Positions 50,979 to 63,454 of a stretch of 64,000 nt of DNA are shown in pieces. Under the pieces are notes generated by a model, which was not told where the DNA came from, searched no databases, and worked only from the letters and a program-made list of their open reading frames with translations. How positions within the stretch are numbered: position 1 is the first letter of the stretch; every line of letters starts with the position of its first letter. Source of the DNA: Raja brachyura (taxonomy: Eukaryota); assembly GCA_963514005.1 (NCBI GenBank), contig OY740804.1:21328001-21392000 (forward strand), read 5' to 3'. The position numbers were made by a program, and so were the translations under genes.

Positions 50979-52219
50979 CTAAATAAAATTAAAGTAACGT
51001 GAATACTTACTTTTACATGGAAATATAACAATTCCCATCACAATCTTTGAAGAAATACTCATCTAAGGAGATTTGTGTCATTTTATAATGTGCAATTTTT
51101 TACACAGATAGGGAACTTTTAGAGGGATGTGGGCTTGGCGGGCAAATGGGACTGCTTAGATGGAGCCACTTGGTTGGCATGGACAAGTTGGGCTGAAGGG
51201 CCTGTTTCCGTGTTGTATGACTAATGCTACTGAAGGTTAATATATTTTAATAGAAATCAAGCATTTAGTTTAGAGATACTGTGTGGAAACAGGCCACCCA
51301 GTCTTTGCTGACCACTGATCACCCGTACACTAGTTCTATCCTACACGCTCGAGGCAGTTTACAGAAGCCAATAACCTACAAACCTGCACGTCTTTGATGT
51401 CTGGGAGGAAACCAGAGCACCTGGGGGAAACCCTTGCGGTCACGGGGAGAACGTACAAACTCCGTACAGACAGCACCCGAAGTTAGGTTCGAACGCAGGT
51501 ATCTGTTGGGCTAAACACGAGTAAATAGCATAGATGGGACATCTTGGTCGGCATTGATGAGTTAGGCTGTGTTTCCACACAGTATTAAACTAGACTAAAC
51601 TGAAAGCTTGATTTCTATCAACAGATCAATATTCAGTAGCATTAGTCGTACAACAGGAAACAGGACCTTCAACCCAACCTATCCATGCCGATCAAATTCT
51701 CCATCTAAGCTAGTCTCATTTGCCCGTGTCAAGCCCACATCCTTCTAATCGTTCCCAGTCCGTGTAATAAACTGCGAAATATAAAATGATAAAAATCTCA
51801 TTAGATTAATATTTCTTCTTAGATTTGCATGACTCTAATGCCACCCAAGAAGGCCTATATCCCTCTAAACACCGCTATAGAAACATAGAAAAATAGGTGC
51901 AGGAGTAGGCCATTCGGCCCTTCGAGCCTGCACCGCCATTCAATGTGATCATGGCTGATCATCCAACTCAGTATCCCGTATCTGCCTTCTCTCCATACCC
52001 CCTGATCCCTTTAGCCACAAGTGCCACATCTAACGCCCTCTTAAATATAGCCAATGAACTGGCCTCAACTACCTTCTGTGGCAGAGAATTCCAGAGACTC
52101 CAGTAGTGTTCACAGCTATCATTAAAGAACACACCCTTGCCACAACTGTAGCCCCTGTGGTGGTTACCTTTCTTTGTTTGAGGTTCACGAGTTCTATGTT
52201 ATCATGGACACCCTACACA

Positions 52220-54195
52220 TGAGACATCTCCTCCACTCCACCACTAACTCCTTCACCATAACACCTCCTCCACCTCTTCATCTCCTCTGTCCTCCATCCA
52301 TTCCACCATCTCCATATCTCCACTCCTCATCCCCTCTCACTCCTCTTCCTCACCTCCTCCGCTCCTCACCTCCTCCATCACTTTACCACCTCCAACATTT
52401 CATCTCCTGCACTCCTCACCCACCTTCTCCGTCTCCCGCACCATCAAACCTCACTCCTCAATCTCCTCCACCTCGTTCTCCCACTACTCCTGCACCTCTC
52501 CAACCACCCCTCCTTCTCTCCATTCATCTCCTCAAACGTCCCCCACCTAATTTATTTATCTCCCCCCATTCCTGCATCTCCTCACCTTCTCCATCTCTTC
52601 AATCCCAACCACTCTGCCATCTCCTCCACTCATCTCCTCATCCTTCCCCCTTCTCCTTCACCTCCCTCTCTCTTCATCTCCTCCATTCCTGCATAGCCTC
52701 ACCTCCTTCTCTTTCCACTCACCTTCTCCACCTCCATCTCGCCACCACCACTTCCCGATCTCCTCACCCCCTCCCACCATCTCCTCCATCGTTTCCACTC
52801 CTCAATCCCCTCGCCATCTCCCTCCTTACCTCCAACTCCTCACCTCTTCCATCCCCCCCACTCTTCCAATGCCCTCCACCACCTCATCTCCACCCCTCAC
52901 CTCCATCCATTCCACTTCTCCATCTTCCCACCGCCTCCATCTCCACTCCTCACCTCCTGCATTCCCACCTCATCTCCTCCATCTCTCCCACTTGAACTGC
53001 TCCAGCCTTTCTTCTTCCATCTCCTCGCCTCACCTCCTCCGGCTCCTCCATCTATTCCACTCCTCCACCACTCCACTTCTGCTCATCTCCTCCACCTTCC
53101 TCTCTTCATCTCCTCCACTCCTGCATCTCCTCAAATCCTTCCTTCTCATTCCACTCACCTCCTCCACCCTACCTCCTCATCCCCTCCCACCATCTCCTCC
53201 ATCCCTTCCACTCTTCAATCTCCTCACCTCCATCTCCCTCCACAACACTCCATGACCTCCACTCTCTCAACCACCTCCCTACCTCCACCCTCTCACCTCC
53301 ACACCATTCCCTCACCTTCCTACCCCCTTACCACACCTCCACTTCCTCATCTTCCTAACCCACCTCCACCCCCTCACCTCATCCACTCCCTCACTTTCCC
53401 CTTCTCTCTCTCCCCCTCTCTCTCCCCTCCCCTTCCCCCCTCTCTCACCCTCTCCCCTCTCTCTTCCTCCCCTCTCTACCCCTCTCTTTCCCCCTCCCTC
53501 CCCTCCCCCCTCGCTCCCCCTCCCTTCCCCCCCCTCTCTCTCCCCCTCCCCCTTCCCCTCTCTCTACCCCCTCTCACCCTCCCCTTTCCCCCTTCTCCTT
53601 CCTCCCCCCTCCCCCTCTCTCTACCCCTATCTCTCTACCCCTATCTCTCTACCCCTCTCTTTCCCTCCCCCTCTCTCTCTCTCCCCCCTCACCCTCCCCT
53701 TTCCCCCTTCTCCTTCCTCCCCCCTCTCCTCTCTCTACCCCCTCCCCCTCTCTCTACCCCTCTCTCTCTACCCCTCTCTTTCCCTCCCCCCTCTCTCTCT
53801 CCCTTCTCTCTCTCCCCCTCCCCTCTCTCTCTACCCCCTCTCTCCCTCCCCTTCCCCCTCTTCCCCTTCCCCCTCTTCCCCTTCCCCCCTCTTCCCCTTC
53901 CCCCTCCCCTTCTTCCCCTTCCCCCCTCTTCCCCTCCCCCCTCTTCCCCTTCCCCCCTCTTCCCCTCCCCCCTCTTCCCCTTCCCCCCTCTTCCCCTTCC
54001 CCCCTCTTCCCCTTCCCCCCCTCCCCCCTCTTCCCCTTCCCCCCTCTTCCCCTCCCCCCTCTTCCCCTTCCCCCCTCTTCCCCCTCCCCCCTCTTCCCCC
54101 TCCCCCCTCCCCCACTTCCCCCCTCTTCCCCTCCCCCCTCTTCCCCTCCCCCCTCTTCCCCTTCCCCCCTCTTCCCCTCCCCCCTCTTCCCCCTA
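52220..54195. repeat. ~2-kb C/T-rich low-complexity tract
   Basis: Degenerate CTCCA/CCTC repeats to ~53390, then almost pure pyrimidine with CCCCCTCTTCCCCTT-like units. Confidence 0.95.
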
Positions 54196-54246
54196 TCCAT
54201 GTACCCGTCTAAATTACTTTCCATCATTCAATTCGATGGATTTAGA

Positions 54247-54520
54247 CGGGGGGCAAGTGGTGCAGCGGTAGAGTTGCTGCATTACGGCATCAGAGACCTG
54301 GGTTCGATCCTGACTATGGGTGCTGTCTGTATGGAGTTTGTACGTTCTCATGACCACGTGGGTTTCTTCCGGATGTTCCGGTTTCCTCCCACACTTCAAA
54401 TATGTACAGCTTTATAGGTTAATTAGCTTCGGGTAAAACATTGTAAATTGTCCCTAGTGTGTGTAGGATAGTGTTAGTGTATGTTTGCTGTTTAACGCAG
54501 ACTCAGATGTCCGAAGGGCC
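54247..54520 (+). mobile_element. HE1-like V-SINE
   Basis: TGGTGCAGCGG A-box, GGTTCGATCC B-box, V-domain. Confidence 0.8.
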
Positions 54521-55061
54521 GCCAAAATCCAAAATCAAGATGGGCACACTGTGTGAAATATCCAAATTTACAAATGGCATGGTGCTGGCTAAAAGCCCAC
54601 ACAAGATGCAGATACTGTTAGTGACAAGAATCACGGTGAGTGGGTTTAATAGTTGTGCATAAAGAAAGGTAAAGTCATGCAACATGATTCCACCTTGAGC
54701 ATAAATTTGACTTTAGACTTTAGAGGTACAGCGCGGGAACAGCCCCTTTGGCCGGAGTCCACGTCAACCAGTGATCACCCCAGTGACCAGTGTACACTAG
54801 GGAAAATTTACAACTTACAGAGCCTATTAACCTCCACACCTGCACCGGGAGAAAACCCATGTGATCACAGGGAGAACATACAAACTCCGTACAGACAGCA
54901 CCCGTAGTCAGGATCAAACCCGGGTCTCTGGTGCTGTAAGGCAACAATTCTACCGCTGGTACCACTTGCTTTTATTTAAAAAAAAGAAACATATAAAAAA
55001 AGCATAAAACGTATTTGAAGTCTCCTGTTTCAAAGGCAGGGTCAGGGATTCATTTGCGCAC

Positions 55062-55232
55062 CTGGATTAGTTCTTGTCCTTCCAAGTCCCATTTCTTGAT
55101 TCCATTGTCTCTCGATCCACTGAACAGGATGTCGCCATGGATTCCCAGAGATTCAATCCCGTCGTAGTGTGGAGGCTCAAAATTATGTGTGGGACCAACA
55201 TTTCCCAGAGTACTCTCAGCTATTTCAAACTT
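55062..55232 (-). CDS. KIF21B: KIF21B WD40 exon (171 nt)
   Basis: CTGCAG|[57 protein letters not shown]|GTGCGC; phase 0/0. Confidence 0.96.
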
Positions 55233-55285
55233 CTGCAGAGCAAATAGATATTTGTCAGTACTTGAATATCTAAACATATTCCAAA

Positions 55286-55500
55286 GTAGATAAAAAATGC
55301 TGGAGAAACTCAGCGGGTGAGGCAGCATTTATGAAGTGAAGGAATAGGTGAAGTTTCGGGTCGAGACCCTTCTTCAGAAGGAGGTTCTCGACCCGAAACG
55401 TCACCTATTCCTTTGCTCCATAGATGCTGCCTCACCCGCTGAGTTTCTCCAGCATTTTTATCTACCTTCGATTCTTACAGCATCTGCAGTTCCTTCTTAA
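55286..55500. mobile_element. Penelope-derived fold-back element
   Basis: Inverted arms 55286-55465; near-duplicated flank TAAACATATT(C/A)CAA(A/G)GTA at 55271-55288 and 55498-55515. Confidence 0.8.
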
Positions 55501-56716
55501 ACATATTACAAGGTAATTTAAAAGGAATATAGGGTGCTGCAGATTAAACTCTGAAGAGATATCAGGCTAGAAATTTCAGATGCTGGAGTAAGTCAGTATG
55601 TCAGGCAGCATCTCTGCAGGACATGAATAGGTGATGTTTTGTTGGTTGGTTTTAGATTGATTTTTTGGTAAAGCAGCATCTGCAGTTCTTTGAATCCACA
55701 TGTTCCTGCTCTGCAGCAGAGTCTCAAGGTAGGCCTTCTTTGAAGAGGTTCTCCTCCATCCTGGATCAGTCTGAAACATCACTTATCCAATGTTCTCCAA
55801 AGATGCTGCCTGACCTGCTGAGTTACTCCAGCACATTGTGCCTTTTATGTAAACCAGCATCTGTATTCCCCTTGTTTCTACTGAATGCCTGGAGCCTTGG
55901 AGTTCATCGGCGGGGAATGGGTTCTGGAGGGATTGTTCAGGTGACATTTCAATCTTGATAGAAGTATATAAAATGATGAGAGGCATAGATAGGGTACCTT
56001 ATCTGTGTAGACAGCCAGAACCATTTTACCCAGGTTGGAAATGTCAAAGCCTAGAGGACACAGCTTTAAGGTGAGAGGGGAAAGCTTAAGGGAGATGTGT
56101 TTTTTATACAGCGAATGGTGGGTGCTTGGAACACACTGCCGGGGTAGTGGTGGAGGCAGATAGGATGGTGACTTTTAAGAGGCTTTTAGATAGGCACGTG
56201 GATGTGCAGGGAATGGGGGGGGGGGGGGTGGATGTGCATCACGTGCAGGCAGAGGGGATTAGTGTAACCATCATGTTCAGTATGGGCATTGTGGGCCGAA
56301 GGGCCTGTTCCTGTGCTATACTATTCTATGAATCTAAAAAGAGGTATATGGGGTGCTGCCTCCTAGTTCCTATGTTCGTGTAATCTCACTTGTTAATCTT
56401 TTCCGTAAGCAGAGCAGTACATGATACCGATCATGTGAAGGCTGAGTCTGAAGAAGAGTCCCGACCTGAAACGTCATCTCTCTATTCCCTCCACAGTTGC
56501 TGGTTGACCCGCTGAGTTCCTTCAGCAGATAGACACCAAGTGCTAGAGCAACTCAGCGTGTCAGGCAGCATATCTGGAGAAAAGGAACCCTTCTTCAGAC
56601 TGAATGATAAAGGTCTTCCAGCACTTTGTGTTTTAGATATCATGAAGGATTGCTTCAGGGAGCAGGGAGAGAGTGTGGTTCTGAAAGTGGAGCTTTGGAT
56701 CATGAAAAACCCTTAC

Positions 56717-56834
56717 CTTCACATAATGGTCTTTAGAGCCAGTGATGACCAAATCATGCTTAGCTGCTGTTCTCTCCACTGTGAGGCACATCACAGGACC
56801 AATGTGACCCATGAGTTTTCCTACAGGTTGAATT
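56717..56834 (-). CDS. KIF21B: KIF21B WD40 exon (118 nt)
   Basis: TTATAG|A-IQPVGKLMGHIGPVMCLTVERTAAKHDLVITGSKDHYVK|GTAAGG; phase 2 to 0. Confidence 0.96.
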
Positions 56835-57384
56835 CTATAACAACGAGTAAGAGATAAATTAGTACCAGCTGTAGGAAGAACCGTGCTTGAAAGGGTCCCG
56901 ATCAGAAATATCACTCTTCCATTCCCTCTACCTGACCGGCCTGGGGCTTTCTCCAGGAGGTCAGATTCCTCCCACAATTCAAAGACGTGCACATTTGTCG
57001 GCTAAGCTGGCTTCTGTAACTACCAGTTCCTCCAGCACTTTGTGTTTTGTTCAAGATTCCAGAGTCTGCAGTTCCTTGTGTCTTCCAGGTCTCTGATATA
57101 CTGCATGTAAACCTTGTATGTCCTTCAATAGGTTTCCAAAGAACCAAATACCTCCTTCTACCCCGAGGAGGCATCATTCTGAAAGAATGCCAACATCTAA
57201 ATCGCTACTTCAAGGGCAAAGCGCGATATCCTTTCGTAGAAATAAATCAAATCCATTGAAAACGTTACATTATATAATTTCATTCTTAGAATCCATCCTA
57301 ACTTGTCCGTGAGATTGTGCTGGGCGGATTTCTTTAGTAGTCAGCAGGCACTGTGAGGATGTCGTATTAGGGCAGGAATTGTAT

Positions 57385-57912
57385 TAGAAACATAGAAATT
57401 AGGTGCAGGAGTAGGCCATTCAGCCCTTTGAGCCTGCACCGCCATTCAATATGATCATGGCTGATCATCCAACTCAGTATCCCATACCTGCCTTCTCTCC
57501 ATACCCTCTGATCCCCTTAGCCACAAGGGCCACATCTAACTCCCTCTTAAATATAGCCAATGAACTGGCGTCAACTACCATCTGTGGCAGAGAGTTCCAG
57601 AGACCCACCACTCTTTGTGTGAAAAAAGTCCTTCTCATCTCGGTCCTAAAGGATTTCCCCCTTATCCTTAAGCTGTGACCCCTTGTCCTGGACCTCCCCA
57701 ACATCGGGAACAATCTTCCTGCATCTAGCCTGTCCAACCCCTTAAGAATTTTGTAAGTTTCTATAAGATCCCCTCTCAATCTCCTAAATTCTAGAGAGTA
57801 TAAACCGAGTCTATGCACTCTTTGCTCATAAGACAGTCCTGACATCCCAGGAATCAGTCTGGTGAACCTTCTCTGCACTCCCTCTATGGCAATAATGTCC
57901 TTCCTCAGACCA
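57385..57912 (-). mobile_element. Young CR1-type LINE 3' end
   Basis: Open frame LRKDIIAIEGVQRRFTRLIPG...RTRGHSLRI...KAGMGY* and a CTATGTTTCTA tail. Confidence 0.9.
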
Positions 57913-58082
57913 GTTTTGACCAAGAAACACAAAAAGAGTAGTGCCCTTGTCAAGACTTGGGGCAAGAATGTGGTTATAATTGTATTTCAATGCAGATATT
58001 GCCTCTGTCTTCATAAATTGTAGTAACCGCAGAGTTCTGAAGTACTGTCAAAGAAGACTTTGCAAGTTGCTGAACTTGTATT

Positions 58083-58350
58083 TTAGTTTAGTTTACTGTC
58101 ATGTGTACTGAGGTACAGTGCAAAGCTTTTGTTGTTGTCTGCTATCCACTCAGTGGGAAGACTGTACACAATTACAATCAAGCTGTCCAGAGTGCAAGCA
58201 AACAGGATAAAGAGAATAACGTTTAGTGCAAGATGAAGTCCAGTAAAGTTCGAGGGTCTCCAATGAGGTATAAAGGAGGTCAGCGCCACTCTCTAGATGG
58301 TGAGGGGATGGATCAGCTGGGAAGAAACTGTCCCTGAATCTGGGAATATT
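58083..58350 (-). mobile_element. Rex1/Babar LINE 3' end
   Basis: PRFRDSFFPA plus tail CACTGTACCTC.GTACACATGACAGTAAACTAAAC. Confidence 0.7.
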
Positions 58351-59177
58351 TTGGAGTTTCAAAAACTCTTTGTTGTTGCCACCCCATCTAACACGTGGGG
58401 TGATGCCGTGACACTACTCATGTGCCGGGGAGATAGTGCAACAACTTCTGAAGTCAAAAGTTGGAGTCCAGCATAAAACTATCGTAAAACATAGCCCAGT
58501 ACAGATACGCAGCGGTAGAGTTGCTGCCTTACAAGGCCAGAGGCCCCGGTTCAATCTTGACAACGGGTGCTGTCTGTGTGGAGTTTGTACGTTCTCCTTG
58601 TGACTGTGTGGGTTTTCTCCAGGAGCTCCCGTTTCCTCCCACATTTCATAGACGTGCAGGTTATGTAGGTTAATTGCCTTACGTAAGTTGCCCTTAGTGT
58701 GCAGGATTGAACTAGTGTACGGGTTGGTTGGCACGGGCTAGGTGGGCCAGAGAGCCTGTTACTACGCTGTACCGCTAAACTAAAGTAAATTGCTAACATA
58801 CTGCAAAATATTAAAAAACTATGAACCAATATTTATCAGGCGACTGAACCATCCTGTCAACAACTGCAGAGGTCCTGATCTACCATCTACGTCATTGAAG
58901 TCCCGTGGACCTTATCTTGCACTAAACGTTATTCCCATTATCCTGTATCGGGACACTGTGGACGGCTCAATTGTAATCATGTGTAGTCTTTCCACCGACT
59001 GCAATACAACAAAAGCTTTCCACTGTGCCTCTGTAAACGTGACAATAAACAAAACCAAACTCACACAGTTACTTGTTTTTTAGATTTGTTAAAATAATTA
59101 CATTCGCTGACAGACAATTAAACTCTGTCCCCTTACTATGGAAAAATAATGAGGTATGTTCGGGTAAAGCTCCTTAC

Positions 59178-59342
59178 TTCTTAAGGTCCCAGATGCGAAC
59201 GGAGTTGCCGGTTGCAGCGTAGAGGAGAGTGCCTGTGGGGTTCAGTGCAATCTGGTTGATCTGGTGTTCACCTTGTGCAATGCTCACCGTGCGACTGACT
59301 GTTCCTGTACACGCATCACCTGAAGTTACTTGACCAGAGGAT
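59178..59342 (-). CDS. KIF21B: KIF21B WD40 exon (165 nt)
   Basis: GATCAG|[57 protein letters not shown]|GTAAGG; phase 2/2. Confidence 0.96.
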
Positions 59343-59859
59343 CTGATCACAGGAAAAAACAGAGAGTTATTAGTCTTCAAATGTTAATGTATAATGCCCC
59401 GCTCATCTCCTTTCAACTTTCCCCCTTTCATCTTCTAGCCCTCTAGTGTTAGTCATTTCCATCCTGGGAAATCGCTATTGGCTGTCTACCAGGCACTCGC
59501 TCCTCTTGGTGTTAAAAAAAAACTTGTCCTATGCAAGTTAAACTTTAAACTTTAAACTTTGCCATTGTCATCTTAAAGCCTTCTAGTCTTTGACATTTCC
59601 ATCCTGGGAAAAAATGGTTCCTATTGTCCATCCTAACTCTGCCTCTCATACCTTTATATACTTCTATCAGTCTCCCCTCAACCTCTGGCGTTCCAGAGAA
59701 AACAATCCAAGTCTATCCAACCCCTCCCTGTTGCCGAAACACCCAATTATAATCACACCAACGCAAGCGGCAAAACCCAACCTCTGACATCCAGAATTCC
59801 TTCTGTACACATCTTCAGCTCACTACCTTTTCCTTCCCCTTCAAGATTCTCCTTACAAG

Positions 59860-60415
59860 TGCCCACATTTGGAGTATTGTGTTCAGTTTTGGTCTCCTTG
59901 ATATAGGAAAGATGACGAATAGTTCAGGACCTGACTAGTTCACAGAAGATTTGCAAACACATTACCTCGACTTGAGGGCATGAGCTACAGGGAGAGGTTT
60001 GGCAGCCACGGCCTTTATTTCTTGGACCACAAGAGGCTGAGGGGTGATCTTATAGAGGTGTCTAAACTCACGAGGGGAATAGATAGGGTGAATGCACACA
60101 GTCTTTTTCTCAGGGAAGGGGAATCTAGAATCAGAGGATACAGGTTTAAGGTGAAGAGGGGAATATTTACTGGGAACCTGAGGGGTAACTTTTTCTCTCA
60201 GAGGGTGGTGGGTATATGGAATGAGCTGCCAGAGGAGGTAGTTGAGGCAGGTATTATACAGCATTTAAGGACACTTGACTGGTACACCGATAGGAAAGGT
60301 TTAGCGTGATATGGGCCAAACGGGGGAAAATTGGACTAGCGTAGATGGGGCGTCTTGATCAGCATGGGCGAATTGGGATGTAGGGCCTGTTTCTGAGCTG
60401 GTTGACTCCATGACA
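59860..60415 (+). mobile_element. CR1/HER1-like LINE 3' fragment
   Basis: RLRGDLIEV..GIDRV..RGNFFSQRVVGIWNELPEEVVEAG. Confidence 0.8.
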
Positions 60416-61705
60416 TTACCTGGATTTCATTCTGTTCAGTCTCAGGGGTTTCAAGAAGTGACTTGCTACCTGCAGAATATCACACCTGCACAAGTTCCAG
60501 ATGTTGTGCAATAATTCCATGAGCTTCAGATCTTAGAGCCATACAGATGCACAGCATTGGAAACAAGCCCCTCGACCCACCCTGTCCAAGTTGACAGATT
60601 GGTCTAGTCCCACCTGCGTGCATTGGCCCATAGCCCTCTAAACCCTTCCAATCCATATATCAGTCTGAATGTCTCCATTTTATCTGCTTCTACATAATTG
60701 ACAGTCATCGAGCAAGGTCTTCACACTAAAAGGCTTTTTTCTGCAGTAATGTTCATTAAGCTGCTTGGATCTAGAAATATTACTTGCAAAATTATGATGT
60801 TTTATATCGAATATACTTCAGCACAGGTAGACCCTTCAGCCCACAATATCTATGCCAAATAAGACACCAAGCCACATAATCCAAATCCCTCCATTCCCTG
60901 CATGTCCATATGCCTAACCAAAAGCCTCTTAAACACCACCATCGTATCTGCCTCCACCACCACCCCGGCAGCATGTTCCAGGCACCCACCACCCTTTGTG
61001 TAAAATATTTGTCCCGCACATCCCCTTTAGAATTTGCCCTTCTCACCTTAAGGCTATGGCCTCTGGTATTTGATATTTCCATCCTGGGAAAAAGGTCCTG
61101 ACTCTAAATAACTGAGTAAGATTAAACGGAATATTCTACATGTTTAGCGTATGGTAATTTCCACAGCAGGAAATCTAACCATAAATGAAACATTCCCCTC
61201 TCCAAACAAGACATCGTCAAAGCCGCACCATCATCTCTCACAGGTGGACAGATACCAACATAGTACAGGTAATTTAACTTTGGAATGCAAAAACATTCAC
61301 TCAGAATCAGAAACGCCCATCATTTTGTGGAATGTAAAGACTAAATGATCTGAATAAATGAACCTTGTATCATCTTTCTTATAACTTTACTGATGAACCT
61401 AAAGCTTTAGCAACATTTAAGACCATACCATACCACCACACCAGCAGAATTGGGCCATTTAGCTCATCGAGTCTACTCCACCATTCAATCATGCAGGTCC
61501 CATCTTTCCCTTCCAACCTCATCCTCCTGCCTTCTCCCCGTAACCTTGGAAGCCCATACTAATCAAGAACTATCAATCTCCACATTAAAAATACCCAATG
61601 CCTTGGCCCCTTATGGCCAGCACACCCTCAGATAGGGGCCCAAAATTGCTCAGACACTGCAGCAAATGGTGTCCTTTAAGAAGTTAAGATGGAGAAAACT
61701 CTTAC

Positions 61706-61886
61706 GTTAGTGTCTTGATGCATTTAGGAGTGTCACGGATATCCCAGACTTTGATGTACGATGTAGACACAGTGAACACAAGGCTGGAGTAACTGCAGTA
61801 TTTGACGGAGACAACATTGTTCGGATGTCCTTTCAGGGTACTGATTTCCTGTCCTGTGGCCAGATTCCACACTTTGCAGGTCCGAT
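61706..61886 (-). CDS. KIF21B: KIF21B WD40 exon (181 nt); upstream exons lie beyond the window
   Basis: CATTAG|[63 protein letters not shown]|GTAAGA; phase 1 to 2, consistent with the next exon. Confidence 0.96.
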
Positions 61887-61989
61887 CTAATGCAGGTACA
61901 GGGCACAAAACCACAGGAAACTCAGAAATCAAGAAGCAGGATATTTTTCATTATTCAACAAGATTCAAAGTAAATTTAAACAATATGAA

Positions 61990-62615
61990 GGGCATAGTGG
62001 TGAAACTGATAGAGCCACTGCCTTACAGCTCCAGAGAACTGGGTTTGATCCTGACCTCGAGTGCTGTTTGCTTGTGGAGTTTGCACCTTCTCACTGTGAC
62101 AGCGTGGGATTCCTCCACATGTTCTGAGTTCCTCCCACATTCCAAAGATGTGTGGGTCTGTACGTTAATTGGCCTCTGCATATTACCTCTAGTGCGTAGG
62201 GAGTGGATGAGAAAGTTGGACACCATAGAACTAGTGTGAACAGGTGATGGATAGTTAGCATGGACCCAGTGGCCAAAGGGCCTGTTTCCACTCTGCATCT
62301 CTAAAGTACATTTGATCTCTATTTTAAAGTCTGAAAACATAACCGGAAAACAGCACGGAAACAGGCCCTTTGGTCTGCTGAATCCGCGCCGACCAGCGAT
62401 CTCCCCGTACGCTAGCACAAACCTACACACTAGGGACAACTTACAATTTACAGATGCCAATGAACCTACAAGCCTATACATCTTTGGAGTATGGGAGGAA
62501 ACTGGAGCAGCCGGAGAAACCCCGCGTGATCAAAAGGAGAACATACACACGTCGTACGGACAGCAACCATAGTCTCTGGCGCTGTAAGGCAGCAACCCTA
62601 CTACTGTGCCACTGT
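61990..62615. mobile_element. Two HE1-like V-SINEs in tail-to-tail inverted orientation
   Basis: Plus copy ~61990-62310 and minus copy ~62350-62615. Confidence 0.7.
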
Positions 62616-63454
62616 GCAGACCATAATTTGAACCCAAGAGATTTTGTTGATCGCATCCTCCATTTCACTCTCGTAAGCAGGCTGTGCCATTGATCATGTA
62701 ACAGGCCACTGAACATCACAACGGGGATGATTTATACAAAATGCCTGTTTTTCATTGATTATAGCAATTATTTTTAAATCATGCTGTTCTTTGATTTAAT
62801 CATTACTTATGTTTAATAGCACATTGCAAATGCTCCTAAGAATGATTTTTTCCCAATGTCATAATTGGAAGCTACAAAAACCCCAGAAATATATTGTCTA
62901 AACCGTCAGTTATTACTCTGATGCACTGTTGGTGTGACGTGACTAGCAGCATGGTAACACAGCATGGAATAGCACAGGAAAGGCCCTTCCGCCCACCATG
63001 TCTATGCTGAACATGATGCCAAGTTAGTCTCCTCTGTTTGCCCATCCTTCCACTCCCTGCATATCCAAGTACCTATTTAAACACCACTATTGTATCTGCC
63101 TTCTCCACCACCCCTGGCAGCATGTTCCAGGCACCCACCACCCTTTGTGTAAAATATTTGTCCCGCACATCCCCTTTACAATTTGCCCTTCTCACCTTAA
63201 GGCTATGGCCTCCGGTATTTGGTATTTCCATCCTTGGAAAAAGGTCCTGACTCTAAATAACTGAGTAAGATTAAACGGAATATTCGACAGGTTTAGCGTA
63301 TGGTAATTTAAACACCACTGTTGTATCTGCCTCCACCACCACCCCTGGCAACGAGTTACAGGCACCCACCTCACTGTGTAAAAATTACTTGCCCCGCACA
63401 TCTGCTTTAAACTTTGCCCCTTTCATTTTAAAGCTGTGTCCTCTAATTTATTTT

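Noticed and set aside
52174-54271. Long Pro/Ser/Leu-rich and Gly/Glu/Arg-rich ORFs (273, 339 and 157 aa)
   Set aside because: Open only because the C/T low-complexity tract lacks stop codons; intronic, with no domain.
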